From assembly GCA_951406725.2 (NCBI GenBank), contig OX597823.1, positions 113,770,001-113,834,000 on the forward strand: a DNA stretch of 64,000 nt, in the 5' to 3' direction. The stretch is from Octopus vulgaris. Lineage: Eukaryota. The number at the start of each line of letters is the position of its first letter. Within the stretch, counting starts at the first letter, position 1. A program made the position numbers and the translations under genes. Below are positions 15,107 through 30,167 of this stretch, one piece after another. The notes under the pieces were generated by a model. It saw only the letters and a list, made by a program, of their open reading frames with translations. It had not been told where the DNA came from and ran no database searches.

Positions 15107-18100
15107 TGTGTGTATATATGCATGTATACTAGAATATTAAGACCACTTTCATAAAGCAAATATGCATAGTAGGAATTTCAGTACTTTATAGTTAATGCCT
15201 ATTAAACAATTTAAAATCACAGAATGATGTAGACCAGAATTGATTTTGGGGCAGTGTTGTTGAGTGATTATATCTAATGTTAATGGTCTGATGGCCACCC
15301 CGAGTGAGTAATTTCAATTTAGTATCGTAGAAACCACATAAAACATATTTTTTCCCTTTGATTGTAGCTGCTGATGAATCTGAGATCATATCAAGTTGTG
15401 ATAACAAAGTGGAGAATGGATGAAACTGGAAATGAATTACATTGAAAGAGAATCATTAAACCGACACAAGCGATGTTCCCAAATAAAAATTTTAGCATGT
15501 TTTAGTTCAAGATAACTATATTCTATTGATTTCAACGCAAATATATTACACTCCCAGTAATTACACTTCAGAGGGAAAAAAATTTAATGTATTTATGATT
15601 GAAATTATCAGGTTCAGCAATATTCGCTGAACAATGACATGTTATTTTGATAGTATTACTTTTCAGGTGTGACATATCTATTACACCGTTTTTTTAGCCA
15701 AGAATTTCATTTAGAAAGTTCGATTCCAGAGCACGGACAGTACCAAGTATACCAGAGACTTGTAAATTTGGTGGGTAAAAACTAAGAACGCAAGTCGAAT
15801 GAATCTAATTTCTTGGAAGTATTCTTCATCAGTTGCTCGGTTTAACACCAACGTCTTATTCGTGAATGACATTGTTGGAGTCCACTGTGTTGTAAATATC
15901 TAAACCTGGTCTCAGATCTCTGTTTAACAACCTCTGTCCTTGAAGGTCTTGGAGAATGTCATGGGCGTTGCATTTCTTCCTCTGCTAAATAACTAAAGGT
16001 TTAAATGTTCCATATAACTGTAAATTAACACTTGTATTGATCTGAGGACTCACTTTATTGGAACACATCGAAATCTGCGACGATATTCTCTCTGTGAAGT
16101 CTATTGTATGCTTCTAGTGTAAGTTATATATGAAATGTAAATGGTTTGCATTTTGCAGATATAGTTGCCAGCTTAAGAATATCATTTTATATCTATATGA
16201 CTCGGAGTTCAATCCTGGTGCTCGGTATCTTGGACAAATACATTCGCCGCATGCGAGTGAAATTTAATGAATTGAATCTGTGGAAGCTCGCTGAAGGAAG
16301 GGCTACCTCCATTCTTACAACAAATCTCATGGGTCTATGAAAGTGTAATATTCCCTGACCTCTACTGATTATACCAATTCTTACTATTTCTATTACTGTC
16401 TTCAACTCGGTCGAGTCGAATGAAGGGTTACACTTCATGGAGCATCACATACTGCAATGTGTTCCATTACCTGTTCAATGATTATAGGGTTTCAACACGC
16501 TTCCGTTTAAATATTGATAGCGATAATGCCTACATGTACCTACGTGACATTAGTAAATATCTTTATTTCGATTGAACAGCTATTCCTACCTCGATGTATG
16601 ATGCGGACGAATGCATCTGCAACCTGTTATGTCATCATGGGCCTTTCTGCAGCATTTTTTGAAAATTATGCCTTCGTATATTATTTCCGCTACGGGTAAC
16701 CAAGAAAATTTTCCGTTACAAAAAGAATAGCAATATAAAGTGATGGCTTCTCTTCCAAGTGGTTTGGACCACAATGTACAAGTTTCCTTGTTTGCTTATG
16801 CACCACGAAGTTTATAAATATTGCAGATTCCCCTCGAGGGGTAGACAGAGAAACAAAGAGTAACATGATTCAGTAAGTGCGGAGGTGAATATATGAGTGG
16901 ATGTAATGCTGCAGTCTCAAAGGAGTATGGAAATCTTCACTAATATCAAGGCTCTACAAATGTGCCCCTGCCCGTCAGACTTGGAAATTGTTACACAGAA
17001 TCACAAAACGTAGAAAACAGTGGAGAAAAATTGCTCATGAACAGCTAATGCATTTGTCTCGTCCGGCGAGATAAAAAGTCCATTTGAAGAACATTTATTT
17101 ATCATTACAGGTGACACAAAAAATGCTTGTCTTCAAAGATGACTATCGTCATATGAATGGGAGGAATGTAACGAGCTTAGATTTTTCATCAATTAATGGG
17201 TAAATATTCTTCATTTTTATGAACAGGGAACCTTCTGCGGAAGTGCACAATGGAATGAACTTCACAAATGTACGTATATCAGACAGGCACTGGTTTTAAA
17301 CTGAGCAGGGGATTCAGTTTAACCTACAAGTAAATTATAGCAAGATTTCAAATCAGAAAGCAGAAAGGCAGGGCAAATAGTGCAAGGATCAGAATTTCAC
17401 AAATCTGCTACCATTCTTATGATTCACCAAATCTGCCATTCACTGCAAAGGAAAGGGGGAAATGCGAAGTTTCCCTAGGTGGTATCTGAACTGAAAGCGA
17501 AGCAGTTGGAACAAAATTGTTATTGCATTCCATGTGATGCTTAAATGATCCCCCCAAATCACTTGCTGGAAGAATATATTCGGTTGTCCAAACATTACTT
17601 CAGATATGACATCATAACAATTTGAAAAAGTTTACTAAGTTTAAACGTGTTGCAATCGGTAGTGAATGAAAATCATGCACAGCAAAACGGCCAATCAGAT
17701 CAGAATTTCTGAAATACTTAAAATAGAAGAATAAATATTCTAACACAACCATATATTTTCAGTTTCCACAGAAGAACTCTAAATCGACAATTTCAAGTGA
17801 GAAAAATAAACCATGATTTACTTGCTCAGTTACCATCTCATTAAATATTCAACCCAATATCTATAGATTGGGAGATACAAATCAAAAAGTTTGTTTACTT
17901 CAGATCCGTCAATTACAGTTAGGTCTTCGATTATACGTATCATTATAGACTGTTGGGTTAGGGTTATGAACACACATCTTTCTCTTGTTCGTAGACAAGT
18001 AAGTGTTAGGGATGGTATTTAAGGAGAGGCGTGGATACAGTACTCGATCTAAATGCTGTCGGTGATGAAGTAGGAGGTGAAGGATAATTGAGCTAGCGGT

Positions 18101-18376
18101 TAAAGTTGTTAACTATGACGTTACAAGCTGGTCAGTGTTAAACGTTTGCAATACTTTGCACGTATCTCCTGGGAAACGCCAATGAGATATTTTTACTTCT
18201 GGAACACTCGTAACTAGATGCAACATATAAATCACTATTATTGAATGTTATTTATATATGAGATTATCGATGTGTCAGCTGGACGTGCCAACATAGAAGA
18301 AATACTTACACAAGTAGCTTTTGTATACACGCATACACAAATCCGTATAAACGTTCATCCGCATATACGTATATGC

Positions 18377-18439
<63 letters not shown>

Positions 18440-18653
18440 CATAACAACATGGAGAGAGATGGAAAGAAAATGAAAATTAAATGTAGACACCTTCATATGT
18501 GTGCTCATGTTCGAGCGCACCAAAATACGCATGGCTGTATATTGATACAAACACTAGCACACATACACATACACACTTACACAGACACTCAAACACCCAT
18601 GTATATCTTTCTGTCTCTGTTGCTCTATATCTCTATTTGTGTGTCCCCTCTCG

Positions 18654-18695
<42 letters not shown>

Positions 18696-19054
18696 AAAAT
18701 AGAGAAGAAATATAGTGGATACTTGGATAATTTTATTAGTATCACAATGAAAACATGTAATACATATAAGATTTAGAATATCAAGAAACCGAACCAAAAA
18801 AATAATAAACAGAAAAGAATCCTACATATGTTTCGATCCGGGCGTTTGATTTCGATCATTACTATTCAACATATGTTAGATGTAAAACAGCTCCTCGTTA
18901 TGTTCGGATTTCATCAGGGAGTGATGTTTAATATCTAGCGGTGAACAACGAAATTACTAAGATGAGGACTGTATTTTCAAATATTCAAATAGCATAAATA
19001 ATAATTTATCAGGACACCGAATTCATGTGGAGATATATTATCTAATGAAATCTT

Positions 19055-19985
19055 AACCCTGAAGACACTATGCACCTGCAATGTGAGCTAGATGAAATAT
19101 ACAAGTGGGCTGAAAAGCATAGCATGCAGTTTAATGGTGAAAAGTTTCAAGCTTTTTGTTATCAGCATGCAAAACTAAATGCAATACCCTATAAATACAC
19201 TGGACCTGGAGGGATTGCAGTCCCAGAGGCACAGTCAGTACGAGACTTGGGCATTTACATGAGTAATGATGCAACGTTTCATGTGCATGTTGCTAAATTG
19301 GAAATGAAATATAGGCGGCTGACCGGATGGATTCTTAGAACTTTTAGAACAAGAGACCAGGAAACCATGATGGTCCTCTGGAGGACACTTGTCCTAAGCC
19401 ACTTTGACTAATGCTCTCAGCTATGGTCACCAACCAGTGTCAAGTTAATCACAGAACTTGAGGCGATCCAACGAAGCTACACGAAGAAGATAGCTTCTGT
19501 GCAGCATATAAGCTATTGGGAAAGACTCAAGAGATAAAGACTATATTCCTTAGACCGTAGGCGAGAAATATATGCCATAATAAACATCTGGAGGAATCTG
19601 GAAGGACTTGTCCCAAACTTTGGCATCGAGAGTTACACAAATACTAGAACTGAGTGCCACTGCATAGTGACAAGGACACCAAATTTGCCATCAAGATGTA
19701 GGACAAGATACTGTGATAGCCTGGGCTTCAGAGGCTCACAGCTCTTCAATATCCTCCCGAAGGACCTGAGAGACCTGCATGGGGTGGATGTAGGTGTCTT
19801 CAAAATAAAGCTGGACCTCTTCCCTTCAGTGTCTCAGATGAACCAGCTGCATCAAACTTTCTCATGCACCAAATGTCAATTGCTAAAAAGCGTTCGTGAA
19901 GTAAAATCATGTAGCAACACCAAATGGCGGTGCCCCAGCATGGCCACAGCTCGTGAGCTGAAACTAGATGAAATTTAAAAAATAA
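19055..19985 (+). mobile_element. 3' portion of a CR1/L2-group LINE (degenerate RT C-terminus plus 3' tail)
   Basis: LQCELDEIYKWAEKHSMQFNGEKFQ...VRDLGIYMS...GWILRTF...LVLSHFD*CSQLWSP and SLGFRGSQLFNILPKDLR...FKIKLD are typical of the RT thumb and C-terminus in this group. Stops and frameshifts are present. Confidence 0.8.
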
Positions 19986-20365
19986 TAATATTTGGGACAT
20001 AAACATATAAGTGTTATGGGACATAAAGTAGGGGTTTAATTATCTGGGCTTGTAATGGGCTGTTAAGGGTATTGAAGACAAATTGAGAGATGAAATAGAT
20101 TTTTGAGGGGGCAGAACATAAATGATTTGGGAAACAAAAGAGAAAGATAATTCTATATTATGTACTAAAATAACTGTTAATTATTTAGCATTTCGTTCCA
20201 TTATTCAGAGAAAAGTTAGTGTTTACATAATTCGGAGATGAATTAAAATATATATGTGAAGAAAAATAATTAAGAGTATAGAGAGAACAATAGATTTTAT
20301 GAAGAGAAAAATGAAGGAAAGTGACAAAATGGGAGAAAAGTGGGAGAAGAAACACACATACATTT

Positions 20366-20615
20366 TTGCAGCGTGGAAGGTGTTTGTAAGCCATTTAAGA
20401 AACATCCGAGATGCAGCACGGATTTTTGTCAGTGAACAGGTCGCGGTCTTATAGCGACGAAAATATTTTGACAAATTAAACTTAAATGTTGAAGTGAATC
20501 GAACGGCTTTTGTGTGTTTCCTAAATGGCTTACAAACACCTTCCACGCTGCAATTGTTTTCGTTCCAGCATACGATCTCAGATCAAATCACTTGCTATGC
20601 AAGTACATCTCCGTA
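20366..20615. mobile_element. MITE-like element with a 39-bp inverted repeat, probably truncated on the left
   Basis: TTGCAGCGTGGAAGGTGTTTGTAAGCCATTTAAGAAACA (20366-20404) and its near-perfect reverse complement at 20515-20553. Confidence 0.65.
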
Positions 20616-20989
20616 AACATAAATTTTTATGTTGGGAATAAGATATAAAGAGAAGATTAAGAAATAAAGGTGATAAAAGGGAAAAAGTTATTTTATATTG
20701 CGTTCTACGATATTAGTTTTGAATGTAATTCGGAGAAAATTCATAATAACTTTTATTATTTAGTATTTCAATGGACTAAGATATACTTTCCATTGTTCAA
20801 AGAAAAAGAATTTGAAAATTATATATTGCCCTTACTTGTGAGAGGAATTTAGATTTTTATGTGAAATTGTTTTTAAATGTACTAGTTTATAATCTGTTAC
20901 ATTATTCTAAAGTGTAATTGTAATAACTAGTAATCTCCCTTTATTAATTTGATTAGTAAGATTTATAGTTAATATATAAATATATACAT

Positions 20990-21295
20990 GTGGCTATAGC
21001 CCCGGGCCGACCAATGCCTTGTGAGAGGATTTGGTAGACGGAAACTGAAAGAAGCCTGTCGTATATATGTATATATATATATGTATGTGTGTTTGTTTGT
21101 GTGTCTGTGTTTGTCCCCCTAGCATTGCTTGACAACCGATGCTGGTGTGTTTATGTCCCCGTTACTTAGCGAGCTTACTGTGAGGGCTTACAAAAAGAAT
21201 AAGTCCCGGGGTCGAGTTGCTCGATTAAAGGCGGTGCTCCAGCATGGCCGCAGTTAAATGACTGAAACAAGTAAAAGAGTAAAAGAGTAAAGAGT
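20990..21295 (+). mobile_element. SINE, 5'-truncated
   Basis: Same body and tail as 13665-14160. Confidence 0.75.
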
Positions 21296-22343
21296 ATAGA
21301 TTAAAAGTTTCAATAGTTGTTGATACTGGTTTATGAGATTTTAGAAAATAAAAGTTTAAAATTCCTAATAATAGCATTAAAAAATATGGGTTACATGGAA
21401 GAAATATATATATAGGATTATTAAGTAAATTACTGAAAAGCAAAAGGTAATTATGTTGGTTATGAGTGTGTAGAAGTGGAATATATGTATATTTCGTTCA
21501 ACAATGAGATAAATATTATGGATTATTGTATAATATTGGGATTAGATGGTATAATAATTTGAATGTTATAATTTCAAATAGCGAGAGATCTATGGATTAA
21601 ATTTATACTTATACTATGGTATTAATATGCTTTATATGATCATTGTTTTAATAAATAAGCAGGCTAAAAGGGAATTTTAAAATTTGGGTTATATGGGCAT
21701 CCTTAATATAGAAAATTAGAAGTGGTGCATTATTGAATATGCTGCGGAGAGCTAATATATAATTTATAATTTTAATGTTGCTATATATATTGATATGGAG
21801 GAAAAAGTGTTGCAATTGACCAAGAAGAGGATAATATATATGATTGCATTGAATTAAGAATAAATTGATAATAGAATTTGGTATTAAGTTTTAGAATCCA
21901 AATAAAAATTGAACAGTTGTGAGTTAATTAAAATAAGGGAAATATATATAGGAGCTATGGGGTTCTATATGATTAGCAATGAAGGAGATATTATATAGTA
22001 TTTTATTATGATACTATAATTTGGGGATAAAATTTTAAAGTTAATAAAGGAAAAATAATATTGATGGGTTAATAAAGGATTATTGGAATAAAGATGGGGG
22101 TGTTATAATTATGCGTCTAATAAGAAAAAATGCTATTGCGTAATATGCAGATGGTGTCATAAATACTAATTATTCTACTTGAATAATTAGTATTCAAAAG
22201 CAGGATTTTTATTAAAGATGTGATAGGGATGGAATGTATGCACAATAGGAATAGATTATGTCTATATATAATATAATATAGCATGCTAATAACATCCAAT
22301 GCTTTATATGTAATTATTATAATTTAGTGAAATAATATGTACT

Positions 22344-22755
22344 CTCTTTCCTCCTTTACTCTTTTACTTGTTTCAGTCATTTGACTGCGGCTATGCTGGA
22401 GCACCGAATTTAATCGAGCAAATCGACCCCAGGACTTATTCTTTGGAAGCTTAGTACTTATTCTATCGGTTTCTTTTGCCGAACCGCTAGATTACGAGGA
22501 CGTAAACACACCACCATCAGTTATCAAGCGATGTTGGGGGAGGGACAAACACAGACACATAAACATATACACACAAATACATATATACGACGGGCTTCCT
22601 CCAGTTTCCGTCTAACAAATCCACTCACCAGGCTTTGGCCGGCCCGAGGCTATAGTAGAAGACACTTGCCCAAGGTGCTACGCAGTGAGAATGAACCCGG
22701 AACCATGTGGTTGTTAAGCAACCTACTTACCACACAGCCACTCCTGCGCCTGTAG
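22344..22755 (-). mobile_element. SINE, near full length
   Basis: Reverse complement of the same family, from the head (...ACCACACAGCCACTCCTGCGCC) to the tail (CTCTTTTACTTGTTTCAGTCATTTGACTGCGG). Confidence 0.8.
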
Positions 22756-22833
22756 TGAAAAGCAATTAAATAAATTATTAAAAATTATATTTATGTGCAT
22801 GTAAACATTGTTAAATTTGTTCGGATCTATTTT

Positions 22834-23508
22834 TTAAGAGATTGTTCTTAGATAATAGGATGCGATAGTATCGTCTAACCAGATCGAGCATGTCTTGGCT
22901 GGTAATGTGTAGGGTGGAGCATTATTTAGAATTTTCCATCTAATTTTATAAGTTGCACCACTATCTTCAACTTTGTAGATAAATTTACTAAGTCCTGTGT
23001 GATTTCGTTTATTAGTATTTCTAAAAGAGGTTTCATGGTTAGCAATACGAGATCTCACGTAAAACGCTGTGGTGCAAACATAATAGACATATATAGCTTT
23101 GGCTTCAACTTTAGCCTGGTATAGTAGGTTTCTACGTTTACAGTAACTGTTAAATTTAAGATTAACTCTGCAGTCACATAAATCATTTAGATTATTATTA
23201 TGTGTGATTTCTTTACTGCTCTTGTATACTCTAAGTATAATATGCGCGTAATTTTGGGTTATTAGGATAGTATCTGTGTTCCTAGTTGGAGGAAGGATTG
23301 TTTGTATTTGTGTAATACCCATCAAGTTTAAAATTATTAGAAGATATATGCCTAAATAAGTCTTTGGTTATAGAAAATCCGATCCTTATTAATTTATTAT
23401 TAATTATAGTACTGTATTCACCAGAAGAGAAATGTTTATCTATTATGGAACGGATTACTCTTATAAGGTTTGTCCTTATCTGTTTTCCATAAGGTAAGAT
23501 AAGACAAA
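22834..23508 (-). pseudogene. Penelope-type GIY-YIG endonuclease remnant
   Basis: Minus-strand translation CDCR...CKRRNLLYQAKV...SRIANHETSFRN...TGLSKFIY...IRWKILNNAPPY...TCSIWL follows the Penelope-like endonuclease pattern. The upstream segment LPYGKQIRTNLIRVIRSIIDKHF matches the preceding linker. Confidence 0.7.
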
Positions 23509-23883
<375 letters not shown>

Positions 23884-24174
23884 TATTTGCTGAGGCGTTT
23901 ATGGTTGCTACCTGGTTTATGTTTCATATAAAGGAAATGTTTTTTACGTTTTTAGTATTATCTAGTGTAATTTTTTTTTATTTATTCTCTATTAGGATTA
24001 ATGTTGATTGCTATTCGTATTCTTATTATTATTAATACTACTAGTATTATAATTTATGTTATTATTGGAATGATTTTTATTATTTCGATTGTTATGTTTA
24101 TTAATGCTAATTATTGGTTCATTTTTATTTATAAGCTATTCTTCATTTATCTGATTGCCAGAAAGTAAACATCA

Positions 24175-24268
24175 TTCCCTGATGATAATATCGGGTTATA
24201 TTACATCTAAAATCGCTTGAATGGTGATGATTGAAACCTAATGGCCGGATCGAAACATATGTAAGATT
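24175..24268 (+). ncRNA. Type I hammerhead-like motif in Penelope pseudo-LTR (mirror copy 18818-18921, minus strand)
   Basis: CTGATGA at 24179-85, a long stem II region, CGAAAC at 24251-56, palindromic stem III ACATATGT and a GTA site. Stem I is degenerate in this copy. Confidence 0.45.
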
Positions 24269-25889
24269 CCTTTATGTTTAATTCTTTTGCTGATTCGATT
24301 CCTTTACATCTTAAATCTTATACGTATTACTTTTTTACTCGAGATACAAATAAAATTAACCAAATATCCACGGTATTTCTTCTCCATTTTCTTTAATTAA
24401 CTTTACACATTTTTGGAAGTTTATACATATATATTGCGAAACTTTCTCTTAATATATTTGATGACACCAGTTGATATCGGATTTTTCATTTTAAATATCT
24501 CTTACGAGGAAATTCCACCCACAGTATTTAAATATACATATAGTTCATTTGAGTCAGTCTTCTGCTACTGTGAGTTCCGCAAAGTCGATGATCCGTTCTT
24601 TTTAGGTGCCATATTTTTTTATTGTCGTTAGTAATGTTAGCTGGGTGTCACGTTATGGTAATTCAATTACAGCAGTATAATTAAGATATAAGTGTGATTT
24701 GGCTGAACCAGCTTAGAATAACTTAGTATTTGCTTTGGGTGGTTTTGAACTTAAATACAACCGTGGTCAAATTTACCCTTTAGTTTTTCTGTGTTTATAA
24801 ATAGCATTCCTTGCCAGACCTAGGACGATTCTTTGTTTTCGCTCTCCCTCTATCTGAATACTAATTGTTTTTGAGCATTTCGGTCTTGTTAGATTATATT
24901 TTGTTAAATTATATAAAGATTTTTTGACATGCAAATTATGTTAACGGTACATGTATTTGTGGAATACTTAGACACCTACGCGTTAATTTCGTGATTGATA
25001 TTTCATTTGGTAGACCAAATGAGATGGAAAATCCACAATATGTCCCCGAAAAGCAGAGATGAGGCAAATATTTACAATTTACAATGAGAACTGAGATTTT
25101 TAGATGAAGATATATTGATTACTTTGAAGGATTTCATGCATTGGCTAGTACCACCTCAAGGAGATATATAGGTGACTAAGGTGAGAAATTCAATTACCTC
25201 TAATCGTCTGTCTATTAAAATTTTAATGCCATGAATATGAAAATATACCTGGCTATATTTATTTAGTATTTCTCGGTAAAACAAATTAATACAATAGAAT
25301 ATAACATAAAATACTAAACGGAGCAAATGAGGATCGCTTTATGTAATTGGTTAGGCAGGTACTAAGGGAAGACCAATCTACTGTCTAAAATCATAAGCTG
25401 TCTTCTCCAAAACTAGGAAGGATAAACAGGCATAATATCCGACCTACATTATAATTTTTAAAAAATTGGAGCCGCTGGAATGTTATTCCACCAGGGTTCC
25501 TATAACGATTAATCGTCAGTAGCATTAACGAGTAAAGAATATATTCGTATCGTGGAAGGAAATGCATTGGCATATGAATCGGGAAGGATTTACACGGAAG
25601 ATCCATGGTGGTTCTAATAATAGACGTGGCTCTGTGGTAAACACTTAAAGCAAGTGCCCCAGCATGGCCACAGTCAAACATGACTGAAACAGAAGAGACG
25701 CGCTTAAAGGCAAGAGACGCAAGAGGAAGGCGCGAGTCGCCTCTGACACCACACCGGATGTTACATTCGTCTGTAGACACTGCTCACGGACCTGCTTTTC
25801 CCATATCGGACTTGTCAGTTATGAGCGTGCATGCACACGGTGGACAGTCTTCCTAATATTCGTTCGCGAAGCCAAGTCGTAATAATAAT

Positions 25890-26024
<135 letters not shown>

Positions 26025-26775
26025 CATATATATAATACTGCCTGCCTGAGAAGTTACATTTCTCAAAATAAGAAAATAACAAAGCTGATTCGAAGACTAC
26101 AGATGTAAGCCATCACTGGGTTTGTAATAATCTGTAAACTTTTCCAGAAGTTTATCCTTTCAGTATATCTGGGCATGTCTAGGCACGCAGCTATATGCCT
26201 GATGATACGTACATAAAAGAAAATATATAAATCTGCACGTATATACACATACATAGAAACAATATCCTTCATGTTGAAATTCCCATGAAGGAGCCTTGGA
26301 TCTAGGTCATAAACCAACACTTTGTCTGTTGAAAAGAAATCTTTTAAAAAAATGAATAATGGCATTCATAAACATATCTCTGTATATCGTAAATGAGTAT
26401 AACAATTCTGATTTAGTCCGTAATATTCATATTCGAATCCAATTTCTTCTTAGCAAATTTAAAATAAATGCACATTCCGAAAACAAGTGAACAATGTATG
26501 TAATACACACACACACACACACACACACACTTATATATATATAAATATATCTATATATATCTGTATACACACATATATATATATATACGTATGTATTTAT
26601 GCATGCAGGCGTATGTGTGCATGCATATGTGTGCAATATCAATATAGAAATATTTTATGTGTATAATATAAATATACGTTGATGCTATTATATATAGAAA
26701 TATGCAATTTATGGTGTACGAGCACCCACACCCACACACACATTCTTTCTCTCTCTTTCTATGTCTCTCTCTTTC

Positions 26776-26813
<38 letters not shown>

Positions 26814-27577
26814 GGACACACGTATCTATATTATATCTTATATTATATACATACGAACATTCATACCTATATAGAGCAATATGGTTCGGCGATTTGTTTC
26901 ATGCGTATTTCATATTACCTTTTTGAATAGAACAAAAGAATATTGAAATGAAATACAGAAATTTTAACCATGAAACTGTATACTCATCTATGCCATTCAT
27001 TCTCGTACGTATCTTATTTATTTATTTTCTACATTTGATAATACATTCCTTTATCCTTTTGTAAAGTCCCTACAGAGGCTTGATTCTAGAGCTAATATTC
27101 ATACAAAGCCACTATTGTGAACGCATTATTCTAAAACGATTGGTTTTAATAAAATTTACCTGAAAGCATAATTCTTTCAGTTTGTTTTTTTACGTGTAAC
27201 TCAATACATGACAACACTTTTAAATATATTTTCAAGCAATAAATGATAATATTGATAGTGTTTGGAAGTATTATATTTAAAGAAAAACTTTAAATTGGTT
27301 GCATTTACAGGGCAGTTTTTAAAGATATCTATTGGGTGTCTGGACGTGTTTGTTATTTATATTACTCTTTAGCAAGAATAGCATTGCATTGACAGTGACT
27401 TGGAAGTTTCATCAAGATAACCAAATATCCGACTATAATGATGGCTTAGCCTGCTGAAATTTCAAAGTATCAGTTGATGGTGTTTTTGCTAACAAATACG
27501 TGTTCCTACAAAAGCATTGACTAACCATTGAGATGAGCGTAAAATTATTTTTTTTATTATAACTAGTAATAAAAGCA

Positions 27578-27630
<53 letters not shown>

Positions 27631-27632
<2 letters not shown>

Positions 27633-27839
27633 GCCATGAAACACCGTTTGCTCCTACACGCATTTTCTTCTCTCCTTGTTTCTCTCCCCGTTTCTTTTCT
27701 GTGTATCTTTCTGTCGAAGAGCGTAGGCTCGAAACATAAAATACTTGTTCTATTTCTATTCCTGAGCGCCATACTAATACATTTGTTTGTTTGTACTCCA
27801 CCTGCCTTCGTCTTTTGTATATTTTCGTAAACCTTCCCG

Positions 27840-27841
<2 letters not shown>
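27631..27841 (+). mobile_element. Second copy of the short hammerhead-bearing repeat
   Basis: Highly similar to 4291-4498, flanked by (TA)n on both sides, with the motif at 27706-27743. Confidence 0.7.
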
Positions 27842-27884
<43 letters not shown>

Positions 27885-28142
27885 TGCGTGTAAATATATG
27901 TATATATGTATACAGGGTGTCCCTAAAATGCGTTCGTAATTTCAAAAATTCAGTAAAATGTGTATACCTCAGGAGAATTTATTTGAAAACATGGGAAAAC
28001 AAAGTTCTATCCGAAACAGTAAACTTTTCTAAATTCTGAGAGATAATTCATGGACAATCTGTATAAACATATGTATATATAGATGTGTGTATGTGTTTGT
28101 GTGTATGTGTTTGTGTGTACGTGTGTGTGTGTCTGTGTGTGT

Positions 28143-28194
<52 letters not shown>

Positions 28195-28203
28195 ATACAT
28201 AGG

Positions 28204-28810
28204 TACAAGGAGCAGTCAGAACTTATCCGTACTTTCACCCTAATATATATTTATTATTGCCACACTGCCTTCTGCACATGCGTGCTTATAGTTGGTAATA
28301 TTGTGGTCACCTGACCGAAGTTTTAGCCTGATCGCACCATTTTTCTCTGACTTTACAGTGTAAGAATGGCTACTCCACTAACAACGTGCGCCACAGAACA
28401 AAGTGTCATGGTTCTGCCTACCAAATCATCCACGAAGAGCTCACCTTCCATAAAGTCTGTGCAAGATGGGCACCAAGAGAGTTTACAACAGATCACCAGC
28501 GCAAACGTTTTGAGGTCTGCCAACGTGTACTCGATCGCTACAACAATGAGGGCGAGGAAAGTTTGAGCAGAAGAGTCACAGGAGATGAAATGAGGATCCA
28601 TCATTATGATGCAGAATCCAAAAGACAGAGTATGGGATGGAAAAATCCTGCCTTGCCAGCGACAAAGAAATTCAAGATTCAGTATTCCGCAGGAATGGTG
28701 ATGCTTGCTCTTTTTTAAGACTTCAAATGGCCGAAACTGGAAGACTACCTGGAAAAGTGGTGGACGATAAAGGTTGCTGGCCAACAAACTGAAATCAGCA
28801 ATTCCTAATG
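28204..28810 (+). mobile_element. Degenerate mariner transposase fragment
   Basis: ORF 28386-28718 contains KVCARWAPREFT (WVPxEL-like) and VTGDEMRIHHYD, plus a TIR-like start near 28204. No right TIR was found. Confidence 0.8.
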
Positions 28811-29139
28811 AACGCCAAAGCACAAAAAAACACAACGCGAGGACGTGGAACAAATATAGTATTATTGGACATTCATGAAAGAAGGAAAGAAGCAGGGTTT
28901 AACGTTTCGAGCGGAGCTCTTCGTTGGAAACATAGAAGGAAGGATCCAGAGAAGAGAAGACAGAGGGAAAAAAATCGCCAACGGTACACACGCGGTCACA
29001 TTTTGAAACTCTTCGAGTGATTGGCCTTAGCGGGGGGATCCAGCAATATAAACTGTGCCAAACCAGACTGGAACCAGTTACAGTTCAATAGTCTAACCCA
29101 TGCCAGCATGGAAACCGAACTTTCACTGATGATGATGGC

Positions 29140-29208
29140 GATATCCCCTATGGTTGTGGGACAAACACAGACGCACAAACATGCACACACACATACATAC
29201 ATATATGC

Positions 29209-29290
<82 letters not shown>

Positions 29291-29470
29291 CAGTCTTCGT
29301 TCAGTTTCCGTCTACTAGAGATAATCGTAAGGCATATAGTAGAAGACACTTGCTGAAAGTTTCACGCAGTGGGACTGAAACCGGAGCCATTTGACTGGTA
29401 AGCAAGCTACTTACCACACATTCACTCCTGCGCCTATAACTACTCCTGCGCCTATAGCCACTCCTGCGCT
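29140..29470 (-). mobile_element. SINE fragment with internal (TA)n and triplicated head end (ACTCCTGCGCCTATA)
   Basis: Similar to 22530-22755, with three short tandem copies at 29424-29470. Confidence 0.6.
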
Positions 29471-30167
29471 TACATACAGAGAGTGAGAGTGAGGGGGAGA
29501 GAGAGAGAATAATAATGGAAGAGAAAAATATAAATAATGTGGCGAAAGATGAACGTATCTTTAACCTTTTGAGCTTCAGTTCTTTTGAAAGTTGGGTAGA
29601 TACAAGAAAGAAGTGTGTGGGGAAAGATTAACAGACAGAAAGAAAAGTGAAAAGAAACAAAGAGCGGCTCTGGACTATATATCAACATCTATTTATTCAC
29701 ATCCTGTCTTTCATATATATTGTGTAAATATTGGTATATTTCTGCATATTTGATCCATGTATACATACATGTGAGTGTGTGTGTGTATGTGTATGTATCT
29801 ATATATGCATATGTAGATATATAGAGAGATAGATAGGTAGATACATAAATAGATAGATAGATAGACTTAGAGATAGAGCGGGACATGGAGAGAAAGAGAA
29901 GGAGTGAGGGAGAGAGGGAGACAAGAGGTGGAAACATTCAGACATTCAGATGTAAATACGAACTACCTGTACATACAGAATTAAGAACAAAAATGTGAAG
30001 GCTAGACGTTAATAGCAGTACTTTCATATATAAACAAAATTCAGTTCTTTACAAATAAACTAACGTCTAATAGCTATGTAAACAAACATGTATCAAAGAA
30101 CAGGAAATATAGATTGTATAAAATAGTGGAAAATATTTGCTGAGTGATACGATTATGGTGAATGAAT

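Noticed and set aside
17111-17200. Possible host exon (ttacag...VTQKMLVFKDDYRHMNGRNVTSLDFSSING...gtaaat)
   Set aside because: Splice-like ends are present, but there is no recognisable homology and no supporting neighbouring exons.
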